64,000 nucleotides of DNA from an uncultured delta proteobacterium (GCA_963847445.1 CAWJZV010000025.1:64001-128000), one strand, 5' to 3'. Shown: positions 13,082-24,794, counted from the stretch's first letter. Notes: a model not told the origin generated them from the letters alone. Numbers and translations: made by a program.

Positions 13082-14106
13082 ATGCCCTACTAAACCGATT
13101 ATCGCCGTTACCATGGGCGATCCGTCAGGGATCGGCCCGGAAATCATTCTCAAGGCGCTCGCCGACCCAATGATCAAGAGAGTCGCCCGGCCGCTGATCT
13201 TGGGCGACTGGGGCGTGTTGCAGCGAACCCGTGTGCGCCGCAAACGGCCGAAATTGATCTGCTGGCAGCCTGGCCAGCGGCTGTTGCCGATGCTTGACGA
13301 TCCCAAGGCATTCACGGTCTGTTCGCTATCGGCGCTTAGCGCCAGAGATTCGCGCCCCGGTGTCGCGGCCAAAATCGCCGGACACGGCACCTTCAGCTAC
13401 ATTCGGGTGGCGGCCAAGCTCGCACTCTCGAAAGTCGCCGATGCCATTGCCACCGCGCCGCTGAGCAAAAACATCCTCATCGATGCCGGATATGATTACC
13501 CTGGCCACACCGAACTGTTCGCCGAGCTCGGCGGCACGCCCGAATGCCGCATGATGCTGATCGGCGCTAAGCTGCGGGTGGTGCCGGTGACCGGCCATAT
13601 TCCGTTCGCTAAGGTGGCGCGCAGTTTGAACCAGGAAAATCTGCTAAAGACTTTTGCTTTGACGCATACAAGCTTGAAAAAATCCTTCGGCATCGCCCAG
13701 CCGCGCATCGCGGTGGCGGCGCTCAATCCCCACGGCGGTGAAAAAGGCAACTTCGGCGCCGAGGAGATTGACATCATCGCGCCGGCGGTCAAGGCGGCGC
13801 GCCAGCGCGGGATTCCCGTGCATGGACCGTTTCCCGGCGGATAGTTTGTTTCATCATGCGGCGCGCGGCGATTACGATGCGGTGGTGTGCATGTATCACG
13901 ATCAAGGTTTGATCCCGCTCAAACTGCACCATTTCTACGGTGGCGTGGCACTGACTCTGGGACCGCCATTCATCCGCACCTCGGTGGACCATGGCACCGC
14001 CTACGATATCGCCGGCAAGGACAAAGCCGATGAAACCAGCATGAAAGAAGCGATTCTCCTGGCAGTGCGGCTCGCGCGGCAAAACCATCGGCCGAAAAAA
14101 ATATGA
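13082..14106 (+). CDS. pdxA: 4-hydroxythreonine-4-phosphate dehydrogenase (frameshifts near 13086 and 13835)
   Basis: [38 protein letters not shown] and [14 protein letters not shown]. Confidence 0.93.
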
Positions 14107-15458
14107 ATCCGGCGGTGTTTCGCGAGTACGACATTCGCGGTCTAGCGGAAATCGATTTCGACAAAGAGTTCGCCCTGCTGCTCGGCAAGGTGCATGGCAC
14201 CATGATCGCCGAAACAGGCGGCACGCGAGCCACTGTGGGGCGGGACTGCCGGGCGACCTCCGATGCTTACGCCGACGCTGTGATCGCTGGCCTGGCGTCG
14301 GCTGGCCTGCAGGTTTACGATCTTGGTGTTTGCCCGTCGCCGTTGCTCTATTTTTCTCTATTTCACCTGGATGTCGATGGCGGTATTGAGATCACCGCCA
14401 GCCACAACCCGTCGCCGTACAATGGCTTCAAAATTTGCCTGGGCAAAGACACGCTCTATGGCGAGCGGATTCAAGAGATCCGCCAGAAGATGGAGCGCGG
14501 CGAATTTCGCGAGCGGCCGGGCGGCCATGTGGAACGTTATGAAATCCTGCCGCCCTATCACCAACATCTATTGACTGACGTGCCGAAGCTGGCGCGCCCG
14601 TTAAAAATTGTCGTCGATGCCGGCAGTGGCGTCGGCGGACCGGTGGCGCCACCGATTTTTCGCCAATTGGGTTGCCAGGTGTGGGAGATCGGCTGCGCGC
14701 CGGATGGTAATTTCCCGTTGCACCATCCTGATCCGACGGTGCCGGAAAATCTGGCCATGCTGATTGCCAAAGTCAGAAAAGAGAAAGCCGATCTCGGCGT
14801 CGCCTACGACGGCGACGCCGACCGCATCGGCGCCGTCGATGAGCAGGGCAATATTCTCTGGGGCGACGAGTTACTGATCTTGTTCGCCCGGGACATGCTC
14901 AAGCGCAATCCCGGAGCGGTGGTGATCTCGGAGGTGAAATGTTCGCAACGGCTGTTTGACGACATCGCCAAACATGGCGGCCAGCCGATCATGTGGAAGG
15001 CCGGCCATTCCTTGCTCAAGGCGAAGATGAAAGAGACCGGCGCGCTGTTGGCCGGCGAGATGACCGGCCATATGTTTTTCAAAGATCGCTACTTCGGCTA
15101 TGACGACGCCGTCTATGCCTCGGTCCGTCTATTAGAGATACTCGCCGATTCCGGCAAGCCGCTGTCGACGCTGCTCGCCGATCTGCCGAACAGCGTGTCG
15201 ACGCCGGAGCTGCGCGTCGATTGCCCCGATGACAGAAAGTTTATCATCGCCGACAAGGCCGCAGAATATTTTCGCCGGCACTATGATGTCGTCGATATCG
15301 ATGGCGTGCGCGTGCAATTCGCGGAAGGCTGGGGGTTGGTGCGAGCTTCCAATACCCAGCCGGCATTGGTGCTCCGTTTCGAAGCGCAGTCCGCCGCCAA
15401 GCTCAACGAATATCGCGCCCTGATCGAAGGCAAACTGCGAGAATTCGCGCTGCAGTAA
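14103..15458 (+). CDS. Phosphomannomutase/phosphoglucomutase (AlgC-like)
   Basis: [27 protein letters not shown] and RASNTQP. Confidence 0.93.
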   Translation: MNPAVFREYDIRGLAEIDFDKEFALLLGKVHGTMIAETGGTRATVGRDCRATSDAYADAVIAGLASAGLQVYDLGVCPSPLLYFSLFHLDVDGGIEITASHNPSPYNGFKICLGKDTLYGERIQEIRQKMERGEFRERPGGHVERYEILPPYHQHLLTDVPKLARPLKIVVDAGSGVGGPVAPPIFRQLGCQVWEIGCAPDGNFPLHHPDPTVPENLAMLIAKVRKEKADLGVAYDGDADRIGAVDEQGNILWGDELLILFARDMLKRNPGAVVISEVKCSQRLFDDIAKHGGQPIMWKAGHSLLKAKMKETGALLAGEMTGHMFFKDRYFGYDDAVYASVRLLEILADSGKPLSTLLADLPNSVSTPELRVDCPDDRKFIIADKAAEYFRRHYDVVDIDGVRVQFAEGWGLVRASNTQPALVLRFEAQSAAKLNEYRALIEGKLREFALQ

Positions 15459-15466
15459 TTTTCACG

Positions 15467-18018
15467 ATGGCGGGCCAAATCGTCATCCAGGGCGCGCGCG
15501 TCCACAATCTCAAGAATATCGACCTGGAGATTCCGCGCGACCAGCTGGTCGTCATCACCGGGGTGTCCGGCTCCGGTAAGTCCTCGCTGGCCTTCGATAC
15601 GCTCTTCGCCGAAGGACAACGGCGCTATCTCGAATCCCTCGGCGCCGACACGCGCCAGTTCCTCAGGCAAATGGCCAAGCCCGATGTCGATCGTATCGAC
15701 GGGCTGTCACCGGCCATCGCGATTCAGCAAAAAGCCGCCGCGTACAATCCACGCTCCACCGTCGGCACGCTCAGCGATATTTATGATTTTCTTGCGCCTC
15801 TTGTTCGCGCGGGTTGGCCAGCCGTTGTGCGTCACCTGCGGCCGGGAAATCGACGCGCAAACTATCGAGCAAATCGGCGATCGCATCATGGCGCTGCCGA
15901 CAGGATCGCGACTGCTGATCTTGGCGCCAGTTCAATTCTCGCCCGGCGGTGCCGGCAAGAGCTTAGCAGAACTCGCGCGCCAGGGTTTTAGCCGCGTCAT
16001 GTTCGACGGAGATAGCTTCGAGCTGGGCGGCGAGATTCCTGATGCTCTACAGAACGCGAGTCAACTCGATCTCGTGGTCGACCGGCTGGTGCTGCGTGAC
16101 GGCATTGAAAAGCGCTTGGCCGATTCTCTGGAAGTTGCCGCGCGAGCAGGACAGCAGACGATCAAGGTCGAAATTCTTGGCGCGGGTGCAGCTGCGCCGG
16201 TGCCATTACTTTTCAGTCAGAATTTCACTTGCGTCGACTGTGGTACGGCGCTGGGCGAAATGACCCCGAGTCTGTTCTCCTTCAACAGTCCGGAGGGGGC
16301 GTGCCCGGCGTGCAACGGTACTGGCATTGAGATCACACGCGCCAAGCGCGTCGCCGACGAGACAGATGCCACGCCATGTTCAGATTGTCTCGGCACCCGC
16401 TTGCGCAAAGCGAGCTTGGCGGTGCGCATCGCCGGCGAAAGTATCGCCGCATTTGCCGCCGCGTCAATTAGTGAGAATCTGTCATTTCTCGATGGTCTCG
16501 AACTCGCGCCAGAACGCAAGGTGGTCGGGCAAAGAATTATCGCCGAGATCGCCAGCCGGCTACGCTGCTTGCGCGAATTGGGGCTCGACTACTTGAGTCT
16601 CGATCGGCCGACGACGACGTTATCTGGCGGCGAGCTGCAGCGGGTGCGGCTGGCGACCCAGATCGGTTCGAGCCTGGCGGGGGTGCTTTATATTCTCGAC
16701 GAGCCGAGCATCGGCCTGCATCAGCAAGACAATGAGCGGCTGATTCGCTTGCTGCGCCAGCTGCGCGATGGCGGCAACTCGGTGATCGTCGTCGAGCATG
16801 ATCCCGAGACCATTGGCGCCGCCGATTACGTCATCGATATGGGTCCCGGCGCCGGCGTTAACGGCGGCGAAGTGGTGGCGCATGGTACGCCCGCCGAATT
16901 ACAAAAAGATCACCGCTCGCTCACCGGAAAGTATCTCTCGCGCGAGTTGGAGATTCTCCGGCCGCCGCGGCGGCGCGGCGGCAGCGGGAGATTTTTTACA
17001 GATTAACGGCGTTCGCCAACGCAACTTGAAGAACCTCACAGTGGCTTTCCCGATTGGCGCGATCAGTTGTGTTACCGGCGTTTCTGGCGCGGGCAAGACT
17101 ACCTTGGTGATGGAAGTTCTTCATGGCGGGGTCAGCCAACGGTTGCAGAAAGGGCGCGGCAAGAGCGTCGAGTCGCAGCAAATATCCGGCTGGGAAAGTT
17201 TCGACCGGGTGATCGCCATCGATCAATCATCGATCGGCCGCACGGCGCGCTCAAACCCGGCGACATTCATGGGACTGCACGATCATTTGCGCGAGCTGTT
17301 CGCGCAAGTTCCCGAAGCGCGGGTGCGCGGCTTCAAGGCCGAACGGTTTTCCTTCAACGCCAAGGGCGGCCGCTGCGAAGCTTGCCAGGGCGACGGTATC
17401 ACCCGGGTCGAGATGTATTTTCTCCCCGAGATGTTTGTCACCTGCGAGTCCTGTAAAGGGCGGCGCTACAACCGCGAGACGTTGGATGTCAAATACAAAG
17501 GTCTAAGCATCGCCGATGTCTTGGACCTCACGGTCAACCAAGCGGCGGAACTGCTGAGCGCCGTGCCGCCGATTCATGACCGGTTACGCATGTTGCGTGA
17601 AGTTGGTTTGGGCTATTTGACCCTCGGCCAATCTGCCGTGACCCTCTCCGGCGGCGAAGCGCAACGGCTCAAGCTGGCGCGCGAATTGGCGCGTCGCTCG
17701 ACCGGGCGCTCGCTCTATCTTCTTGACGAACCGACCACCGGACTCCATTTCGATGACATCAAGCAACTTCTCGAACTGCTCAATCGTCTAACCGATCTCG
17801 GCAACACCATGATTATTGTCGAGCATAATCTCGAAGTGATTAAGTGTGCTGACTTTGTCTTGGATCTCGGTCCTGGCGGGGGAACGACCGGAGGAAATAT
17901 CGTCGCCAAAGGTACGCCAGAGGATATTGCCGCGGAGCCGGCGTCGGCGACGGGACGTTATCTGCGGTCACGTGCTTGCTTCCTGAAGTCAATAAGCCCC
18001 AATAATTCGATAACTTAG
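15467..18018 (+). CDS. uvrA: Excinuclease ABC subunit A, short variant (frameshifts near 15790 and 16990)
   Basis: [55 protein letters not shown] and [12 protein letters not shown], over three ORFs. Confidence 0.9.
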
Positions 18019-18035
18019 TTAAGAGTCTCAGGCTA

Positions 18036-18090
18036 TTGACTCAAATCCCAGTCTTGGTTACCTTGATATCAGACTAATAAGGTCTGTAAT
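18036..18090 (+). promoter_or_regulatory. sigma70 promoter with adjacent IscR/Rrf2-type operator
   Basis: TTGACT(18036)-N17-TACCTT(18059), then the imperfect palindrome ATATCAGAC-TAATAAG-GTCTGTAAT (18066-18090). Confidence 0.65.
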
Positions 18091-18109
18091 TTCAAAAAGA
18101 GCGGTCTCC

Positions 18110-19324
18110 ATGGCTCTACAAACGCCCATATATCTCGATAATCACGCCACCACGCCGGTGGACCCACGGGTCTTGGCGGCGATGTTGCCGTATTTTACCG
18201 AGCGTTTTGGCAATGCGGCGAGCAAGAGCCATGCTTTCGGTTGGGAAGCTGACAACGCGGTCGATACCGCGCGGGCACAGGTGGCAAAGTTAATCGGCGC
18301 GGCTTCGCCGCGTGAGATTGTCTTCACCAGCGGCGCCACCGAGTCGGATAATCTGGCGATCAAGGGTGTTGCCGATGCCTATCGCGACAAAGGCAACCAT
18401 ATCGTCACCTGCGTCACCGAACACAAGGCGGTGTTGGATAGCTGTAAGGTCTTGGCCAAGCATGGTTTCGAGATAACCTATCTGCCGGTTGGGTCGGATG
18501 GGCTTATCGACCTGCAGCGCTTGCGCGCGGCCATCACGGACAAGACGATTTTGCTCTCGATCATGGCGGCGAACAACGAGATCGGCACGATCCAGCCGGT
18601 CAAAGAGATCGGCCGCTTGGCCAAAGAAAAAAATATCTTGTTTCATAGCGACGCGACTCAAGGCGTCGGCAAGTTTCCGATCGCCGTCGACGCCATGGGC
18701 ATCGATCTGTTGTCACTGACGGCGCACAAGATGTACGGCCCCAAAGGCATCGGCGCGCTTTACGTGCGCTCGGCCAAACCGCGGGTGAAATTGAACTCGC
18801 TCATCGACGGCGGCGGCCATGAGCGCGGCATGCGCTCGGGAACTCTCAATGTTCCAGGCATCGTCGGACTCGGCCAAGCCTGCGAGCTGTCGCAAATAGA
18901 AATGAGCGCGGAAGCCGAGCGCTTGATCGCGCTGCGCGAGCGCTTGAAGGACGGAATTCTCAAACAGCTCGACGATGTGCAGATCAACGGCCATGCCGTC
19001 GAGCGTTTGCCCGGCAACCTGAACTTGAGTTTTGCTTACATCGAGGGCGAATCGCTTTTGATGGGGCTAAAGGATATCGCCGTGTCCACCGGTTCCGCCT
19101 GTACTTCGGCGAGCCTGGAACCGTCCTATGTGCTGAAAGCGATCGGCCTTGCCGATGAACTGGCCTACAGCGCGATTCGTTTCGGCTTGGGCCGCTTTAC
19201 CAACGAAGAAGAGATCGACTACACCGTCAAACGGGTGGTCGAAGAGGTGGCTCGACTGCGGCTGATATCGCCGCTGTACAAAGCTAAGAAAGGCCAGCAG
19301 CAGTTGGCCAACGCCAAGCAATAG
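18110..19324 (+). CDS. iscS: Cysteine desulfurase, IscS type
   Basis: [28 protein letters not shown] and [17 protein letters not shown]. Confidence 0.93.
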   Translation: MALQTPIYLDNHATTPVDPRVLAAMLPYFTERFGNAASKSHAFGWEADNAVDTARAQVAKLIGAASPREIVFTSGATESDNLAIKGVADAYRDKGNHIVTCVTEHKAVLDSCKVLAKHGFEITYLPVGSDGLIDLQRLRAAITDKTILLSIMAANNEIGTIQPVKEIGRLAKEKNILFHSDATQGVGKFPIAVDAMGIDLLSLTAHKMYGPKGIGALYVRSAKPRVKLNSLIDGGGHERGMRSGTLNVPGIVGLGQACELSQIEMSAEAERLIALRERLKDGILKQLDDVQINGHAVERLPGNLNLSFAYIEGESLLMGLKDIAVSTGSACTSASLEPSYVLKAIGLADELAYSAIRFGLGRFTNEEEIDYTVKRVVEEVARLRLISPLYKAKKGQQQLANAKQ

Positions 19325-19368
19325 AGGGCTTTTTTTAAGCCCTTGGTGTTTTTGACAGGAGAAAAATC

Positions 19369-19698
19369 ATGGCGATGGGCGTAAGTGTAACCGAGAGGGC
19401 AGCTGCAAGAATCAAGGAGTTGGCGGCCGCCGAGAACCACGACGGCCAGTGGCTCCGAGTTAAAGTCGTTGGCGGCGGTTGCTCGGGTCTGCAATACAAA
19501 GTCGACTTCGATAGGCCCAAGGGCACCGATAAGATTTTCGAGAAAGACGGCGCCAAGGTTTTGGTCGATATGAAGAGCTTGCTGTATTTGACCGGCACGG
19601 AACTCGACTACAAGGACGAGCTAATGCAGTCGGGTTTCGTCTTCCAAAATCCCAACGTCAAAAAGGCTTGCGGTTGCGGCGCGTCGTTCGCCGTTTGA
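19369..19698 (+). CDS. iscA: A-type Fe-S carrier (IscA/ErpA/HesB family)
   Basis: GGGCSG and CGCGASF motifs. Confidence 0.88.
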   Translation: MAMGVSVTERAAARIKELAAAENHDGQWLRVKVVGGGCSGLQYKVDFDRPKGTDKIFEKDGAKVLVDMKSLLYLTGTELDYKDELMQSGFVFQNPNVKKACGCGASFAV

Positions 19699-19723
19699 AA
19701 GAAAAAATAAAGGATCAACATTT

Positions 19724-21179
19724 ATGGCGTCCACTACTGTCGAAGATCTTGCCCAACGCGAATACAAGTACGGCTTTGTCTCGGACATCGAAGCCGATAC
19801 CATGGCGCCGGGCTTGAATGAGGACGTGGTTCGGTTGATTTCGGCAAAGAAAAACGAACCGGAGTTCATGCTCGAATGGCGTCTGAAAGCGTATCGCTAT
19901 TGGACCAAGTTGGAGCAGGCCGACGCCGAACCAAAATGGGCGAAGATTCACTATCCGGCGATCGACTATCAAGCGGTCCGCTACTATTCGGCGCCCAAGT
20001 CACAGAACGATGGTCCCAAGAGCCTGGAAGAGGTCGACCCCGACCTGCTCGAGACCTACGCGAAACTCGGTATTCCGCTCAAGGAGCAAGAGCGGCTCGC
20101 GGGCGTCGCCGTCGATGCCGTGTTCGATAGTGTTTCGGTGGCGACGACTTTTAAGGGCAAGCTCGCCGAGATGGGCGTGATTTTTTGCTCGTTTTCCGAG
20201 GCGGTGCACAATCACCCCGAGCTGATTCAAAAATATTTGGGTTCGGTGGTGCCCTACAGCGATAATTTCTTCGCCGCGCTCAACTCGGCGGTCTTCAGCG
20301 ACGGCTCGTTCTGTTACATTCCCAAGGGCGTGCAAGTGCCCGATGGAGCTATCGACTTATTTTCGCATCAATGCGGCGGACACCGGCCAGTTCGAGCGCA
20401 CGCTGATCGTCGCCGACGAAGGCGCGACCGTGAGTTATCTCGAAGGCTGCACTGCGCCGATGCGCGATAAAAATCAGCTGCACGCCGCGGTGGTCGAGTT
20501 GGTCGCGCACAAGGATGCGCGGATCAAATATTCGACGGTGCAAAATTGGTATCCGGGCGATAAAGAAGGCAAGGGCGGCATCTATAATTTTGTCACCAAG
20601 CGCGGCAAGTGTTTGGGCGAGCGTTCAAAAATATCCTGGACCCAGGTGGAAACGGGGTCGGCGATTACTTGGAAATATCCGAGCTGCATCTTGCAGGGGG
20701 ACGATTCGGTCGGCGAATTTTATTCGGTGGCGCTGACCAATAATTATCAGCAAGCCGACACCGGCACCAAGATGATCCATATCGGCAAGAACACCAAAAG
20801 CACGATTATCTCCAAGGGGATTTCCGCCGGCCATGGCCAGAACACCTATCGCGGCCTGGTGAAGATCATGAAAGGCGCCAGCGGCGCGCGCAACTATTCA
20901 CAGTGCGATTCGTTATTGTTGGGTGATCAGTGCGGCGCCCACACGTTTCCTTATCTTGAAGTGTTGAACAACGCGTCCCAGGTCGAGCATGAGGCGTCGA
21001 CGTCGAAGATCGGCGAGGATCAGCTGTTCTATTGCCGCCAGCGCGGCATCTCGAATGAGGACGCGGTGAACCTGATCGTCAACGGTTTCTGCAAGCAAGT
21101 ATTCAAAGAACTGCCGATGGAGTTCGCCGTCGAGGCGCAGAAATTGTTGGGCGTGAGTCTTGAGGGCAGTGTGGGTTAG
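19724..21179 (+). CDS. sufB: Fe-S cluster assembly protein SufB (frameshift near 20335)
   Basis: [48 protein letters not shown] and LEGSVG. Confidence 0.95.
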
Positions 21180-21203
21180 TTGCCCAACGCTTGCGTGAAG
21201 CCT

Positions 21204-22409
21204 ATGGATGTTTACTTCGATAACAATGCCACCACTCGGGTGCTGCCGGAAGTCGCCGCGGCGATGCTGCCGTACTACACCGAGTTTTACGGCAATCCGT
21301 CGAGTATCCACCGCTTTGGCAGCGATGTCGGTCAGAAGATCGCCCAGGCCCGTGCCCAAGTGGCGGCTCTTCTCGGCGCCGCCGATCCGGTGGAAGTAAT
21401 CTTCACCAGTTGCGGTACCGAGGGCGATAACGCGGCGATCCGCGGCATGCTCGAAGCGCGACCGGACAAACGTCATATCGTCACGACCAAAGTCGAACAT
21501 TCCGCGGTGTTGGGCTTGTGCCAGCATCTTGAGAAAAAGGGCTATCGGGTTACCTGGCTCAGCGTCGATCAGGACGGCGCGCTCGACTTGGCCGAATTAT
21601 CCGCCGCGTTGTCCGACGATACCGCTCTAGTTTCGATCATGTGGGCGAACAATGAGACCGGGGTGATTTTTCCCATCGAAAAAATTGCCGCGCTGGTCCG
21701 TGCCCAAGGCATTCCGCTCCATGTCGACGCAGTTCAGGCGGCCGGTAAGATTCCGATTAACGTCAGCGCGCTGCCGGTCGATTTACTGACGATATCCGGC
21801 CATAAGTTTCATGCACCCAAGGGCGTCGGCGCGCTGTATGTGCGCCGCGGCATCACTTTCCCGCCGTTTATGATCGGCGGCCACCAAGAGCGCAATCGGC
21901 GCGCCGGCACGGAAAACGTTGCCGGCATCGTCGGCATGGGCCAAGCCGCCGAGATCGCCCTGGGTCGCATCGCCGCGGACAGTGAACATGCGAGAAGATT
22001 GCGCGATCGCTTGGAAGCGCTGCTGTTGGCTGCTTGTCCCGAGAGCCGGGTCAATGGCCGCAACCAAGAGCGGTTGCCGAATACCTTGAACATCAGCTTC
22101 CGTTATTTGGAAGGCGAGTCGATGCTGGTTCTACTGGACCAGCAGGGGATCTGCGCTTCCACCGGCTCGGCTTGCACGGCCGGCTCCGCTGAGCCTTCGC
22201 ATGTTTTGCGGGCGATGGACGTGCCGGCCGATTGGCTGCAGGGAGCGGTGCGCTTTAGCTTGAGCCGGTTCAATAGCGAAGCGGAAGTTAATTATGTGAA
22301 CGAAAAGGTGCCGGCGATCGTCCAACGCTTACAAGGGCTTTCGGCCCTCGGGCGGTTGGGCAGCCAACGCCGGCCGCCGGACGAACGCAGCGTTGCTGGC
22401 GCGCGTTAA
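21204..22409 (+). CDS. nifS: Cysteine desulfurase, NifS type
   Basis: YFDNNATT, SGHKFHAPKG, RRAGTENV and STGSACTAGSAEPSHVL. Confidence 0.88.
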   Translation: MDVYFDNNATTRVLPEVAAAMLPYYTEFYGNPSSIHRFGSDVGQKIAQARAQVAALLGAADPVEVIFTSCGTEGDNAAIRGMLEARPDKRHIVTTKVEHSAVLGLCQHLEKKGYRVTWLSVDQDGALDLAELSAALSDDTALVSIMWANNETGVIFPIEKIAALVRAQGIPLHVDAVQAAGKIPINVSALPVDLLTISGHKFHAPKGVGALYVRRGITFPPFMIGGHQERNRRAGTENVAGIVGMGQAAEIALGRIAADSEHARRLRDRLEALLLAACPESRVNGRNQERLPNTLNISFRYLEGESMLVLLDQQGICASTGSACTAGSAEPSHVLRAMDVPADWLQGAVRFSLSRFNSEAEVNYVNEKVPAIVQRLQGLSALGRLGSQRRPPDERSVAGAR

Positions 22410-22427
22410 CAGTGAGGGAAAAACATT

Positions 22428-22883
22428 ATGGGGCTCATGCAAATTCCGCGGCGGGTCGATTACGGACTACGCGCGGTGATTTACTTGTCGGGCCAAGACC
22501 GCGAAAAATGTTGCTCCATTGCCGAGATCGCCAAACAGCAGGGCATGCCGCGCAAGTTTTTGGAAAAGATCATTCAGGACCTGATTCGCGGTGGTTTGAT
22601 CAAATCGAAGCGCGGCTCCTGCGGCGGCTATGCGCTGGCGCGGGCGCCGGAGGAGATTTCTTTTAACGACGTCATCGAGGCGATCGACGGACCGATCGCC
22701 GTCAACGCGTGCCTCGACGAACACTTGGGCTGCGATCAAATGCCCCGCTGTACGATGATCGGCGTGTGGAGCGAAGTGCAGCAGAAGATTAACGCAGTGC
22801 TCAGCGGGACGACGATTGCGGGCTTGCGACGTTCACCCTGCCGGGAATTTATTGGCTCCTCTTCTCTTTCGAGTGCGGCGTAG
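22428..22883 (+). CDS. Rrf2 family transcriptional regulator
   Basis: DYGLRAV, SKRGSCGGYALAR and C-X6-C-X5-C. Confidence 0.9.
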   Translation: MGLMQIPRRVDYGLRAVIYLSGQDREKCCSIAEIAKQQGMPRKFLEKIIQDLIRGGLIKSKRGSCGGYALARAPEEISFNDVIEAIDGPIAVNACLDEHLGCDQMPRCTMIGVWSEVQQKINAVLSGTTIAGLRRSPCREFIGSSSLSSAA

Positions 22884-22947
22884 CCGGGATGCGAAATTTC
22901 GTGTTGCAACCGGGATCTAGGCCGCGCCCTAACGGGAGGTGGTTTTC

Positions 22948-23406
22948 ATGGCTTACGAGAATGGACGGAGTATGGACGAGCGCGTGACTTCACTGTTTCA
23001 GCCGGACACGCTGCTGCCGGATCAATATCTCGATACCTTCCGGCGCAAGCTGCACTTGGAGCCGGAGAAAAAGCTCATGCTGGCGATTCTGGAGGATGCC
23101 GTCGCCTGTTTTCAAAAATATTTGTTCGCCCGCGACAGCAAGGGCAAGGCGCAGTTTCGCGACACCGAGGATTGGGTTTTTCAGCGCGACGATTCTGGAG
23201 TCTTCTCCTTCAGTATCGTCTGCGAGACCTTGGGGCTCGATCCTAACTACCTGCGCCGCGGCTTGGCGCAATGGCAACAGCAGCGCGTCGCCCAGCAGAC
23301 CCAGGGGCAAGTGATTCAACTACGGCCGCCGCGCGATAAACCGCGCCGTGGCATGGCGATTTCCGGCCGGCCTAAACCCCGGCTGCGCCGGGCCGCAGGC
23401 CGCTAA
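22948..23406 (+). CDS. Conserved-looking hypothetical protein
   Basis: Strong RBS GGAGGT, coding-like codon usage, EPEKKLMLAILEDAV..FSFSIVCETLGLDPNYLR. Confidence 0.75.
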   Translation: MAYENGRSMDERVTSLFQPDTLLPDQYLDTFRRKLHLEPEKKLMLAILEDAVACFQKYLFARDSKGKAQFRDTEDWVFQRDDSGVFSFSIVCETLGLDPNYLRRGLAQWQQQRVAQQTQGQVIQLRPPRDKPRRGMAISGRPKPRLRRAAGR

Positions 23407-23517
23407 TCGATCATTCGATTTACCTCAGCACCGGCGGCAATGGGATTAGCCCGATGCCGCCGGTTTCGCATTAGCGCGAGCTTGAAAAGCCGCACCAAAC
23501 GAATTCATAGATTATTC

Positions 23518-24549
23518 ATGGCTAGGTTAAAGCAGCGGCGCTCGCCGCTCGGACAGTTTCTTTACGACTTGCGCTACCGTGTCGGCGAATATTGGTTGCG
23601 CGGATTCGTCGCTGGTATGACTTACATTCCCTTTCGAGTCGTCGAGCGGTTTACCACGCTGCTGGCTTGGCTCTCCTTCACGCTGATGTCGCAGTACCGC
23701 CGTCGCATGGAAGAAAACATCGCCTTGACCTTGGGCAAGGAATTTCCTAGCGAGGCGGAACGTAAGGATTTGGTTTGGCGCGCTTGGAAAAGCTTTGCCC
23801 GCGGTGTGCTCGATACTACGGCGGTCATGCATCATTCGAAAGCGCGGATCGTCGGCAGCATTCGACTCGACGGCGAAGAGCATCTGCAAAGCGCTTTGGC
23901 CAAAGGCAAAGGCGTCCTCGCCCTGAGCGCGCATCTCGGCAGTTTCACCATGATCGGCCCGCGTCTGGCGGCGGCGGGCTATCCCTTCAGCGTGGTGGTG
24001 AAACATCCGGCCGATGAACGGTTTGCCCGGCTCACCGACGACTACCGGTCGCAAGTCGGCATTCAGACGATTCCTGCCAAACCACGGCGTCAAGCGGTAC
24101 GCGGCATGCTCAAGGCGTTGCGCGAAAATCGCATTGTGCTGGTGATCGCCGATGAGTTCAAGTCGGGCGACGTGATGGTGGAATTTTTTGGCATGCAACT
24201 GCCGGCGCCGCGCGGCCCGGCGACGCTGGCTCTGCGCACCGGCGCCGTCACCTTGCCGATGTTCGCTACCCGCGAGGGCGACGATTCTTTGCTATTGTCG
24301 GTGGGCGCTGCCATCGCCGCGGTGGAGCGTGAAGATCTCGAAGCGAGTGTGGTGGCGACCACGGCGGTCTACACAAGGTACCTCGAAGCGGCGATTCGCC
24401 GCTATCCCGATCAGTGGAATTGGCTCGGCTTACCCAATCGCAATGGTAAATTATCGCGTGCCGAACTGGCGCTGCGCAGGAAAGAAGCGAATAAAAATGC
24501 CGATATCGGCAACGCCTCCGAAACGAAAAAAACCGGCACCGGCGTTTAA
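23518..24549 (+). CDS. LpxL/HtrB-family acyltransferase
   Basis: GEEHLQSALAKGKGVLALSAHLGS, VEFFG and IRRYPDQWNW. Confidence 0.85.
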   Translation: MARLKQRRSPLGQFLYDLRYRVGEYWLRGFVAGMTYIPFRVVERFTTLLAWLSFTLMSQYRRRMEENIALTLGKEFPSEAERKDLVWRAWKSFARGVLDTTAVMHHSKARIVGSIRLDGEEHLQSALAKGKGVLALSAHLGSFTMIGPRLAAAGYPFSVVVKHPADERFARLTDDYRSQVGIQTIPAKPRRQAVRGMLKALRENRIVLVIADEFKSGDVMVEFFGMQLPAPRGPATLALRTGAVTLPMFATREGDDSLLLSVGAAIAAVEREDLEASVVATTAVYTRYLEAAIRRYPDQWNWLGLPNRNGKLSRAELALRRKEANKNADIGNASETKKTGTGV

Positions 24550-24794
24550 CCGGAAGGTCGCGATTGGCATTGGCGCCGCGCGCGAGGCGCAATCTTTCCA
24601 TCGTGAAGACACTGGATTGCCGCCCTGAGCAAGTAACGATCACTACTGTGTTGCGGTTTACCCGCGAGCAAAGCAACGGTGTGGCCTACTCTCAGAATGA
24701 CTTTGCAACCGGATGCTTGGGTGTCTTCATAACTCCAGGGTCGTGCCTCGCGCGGCCGGCGCGCAGCGCACCCGGTGGCATTCTAACCCGCCGT

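Noticed and set aside
19326-19343. Hairpin AGGGCTT-tttt-AAGCCCT after iscS as a terminator
   Set aside because: No clear downstream U-tract and it lies inside an apparent operon. At most an mRNA-stability element.
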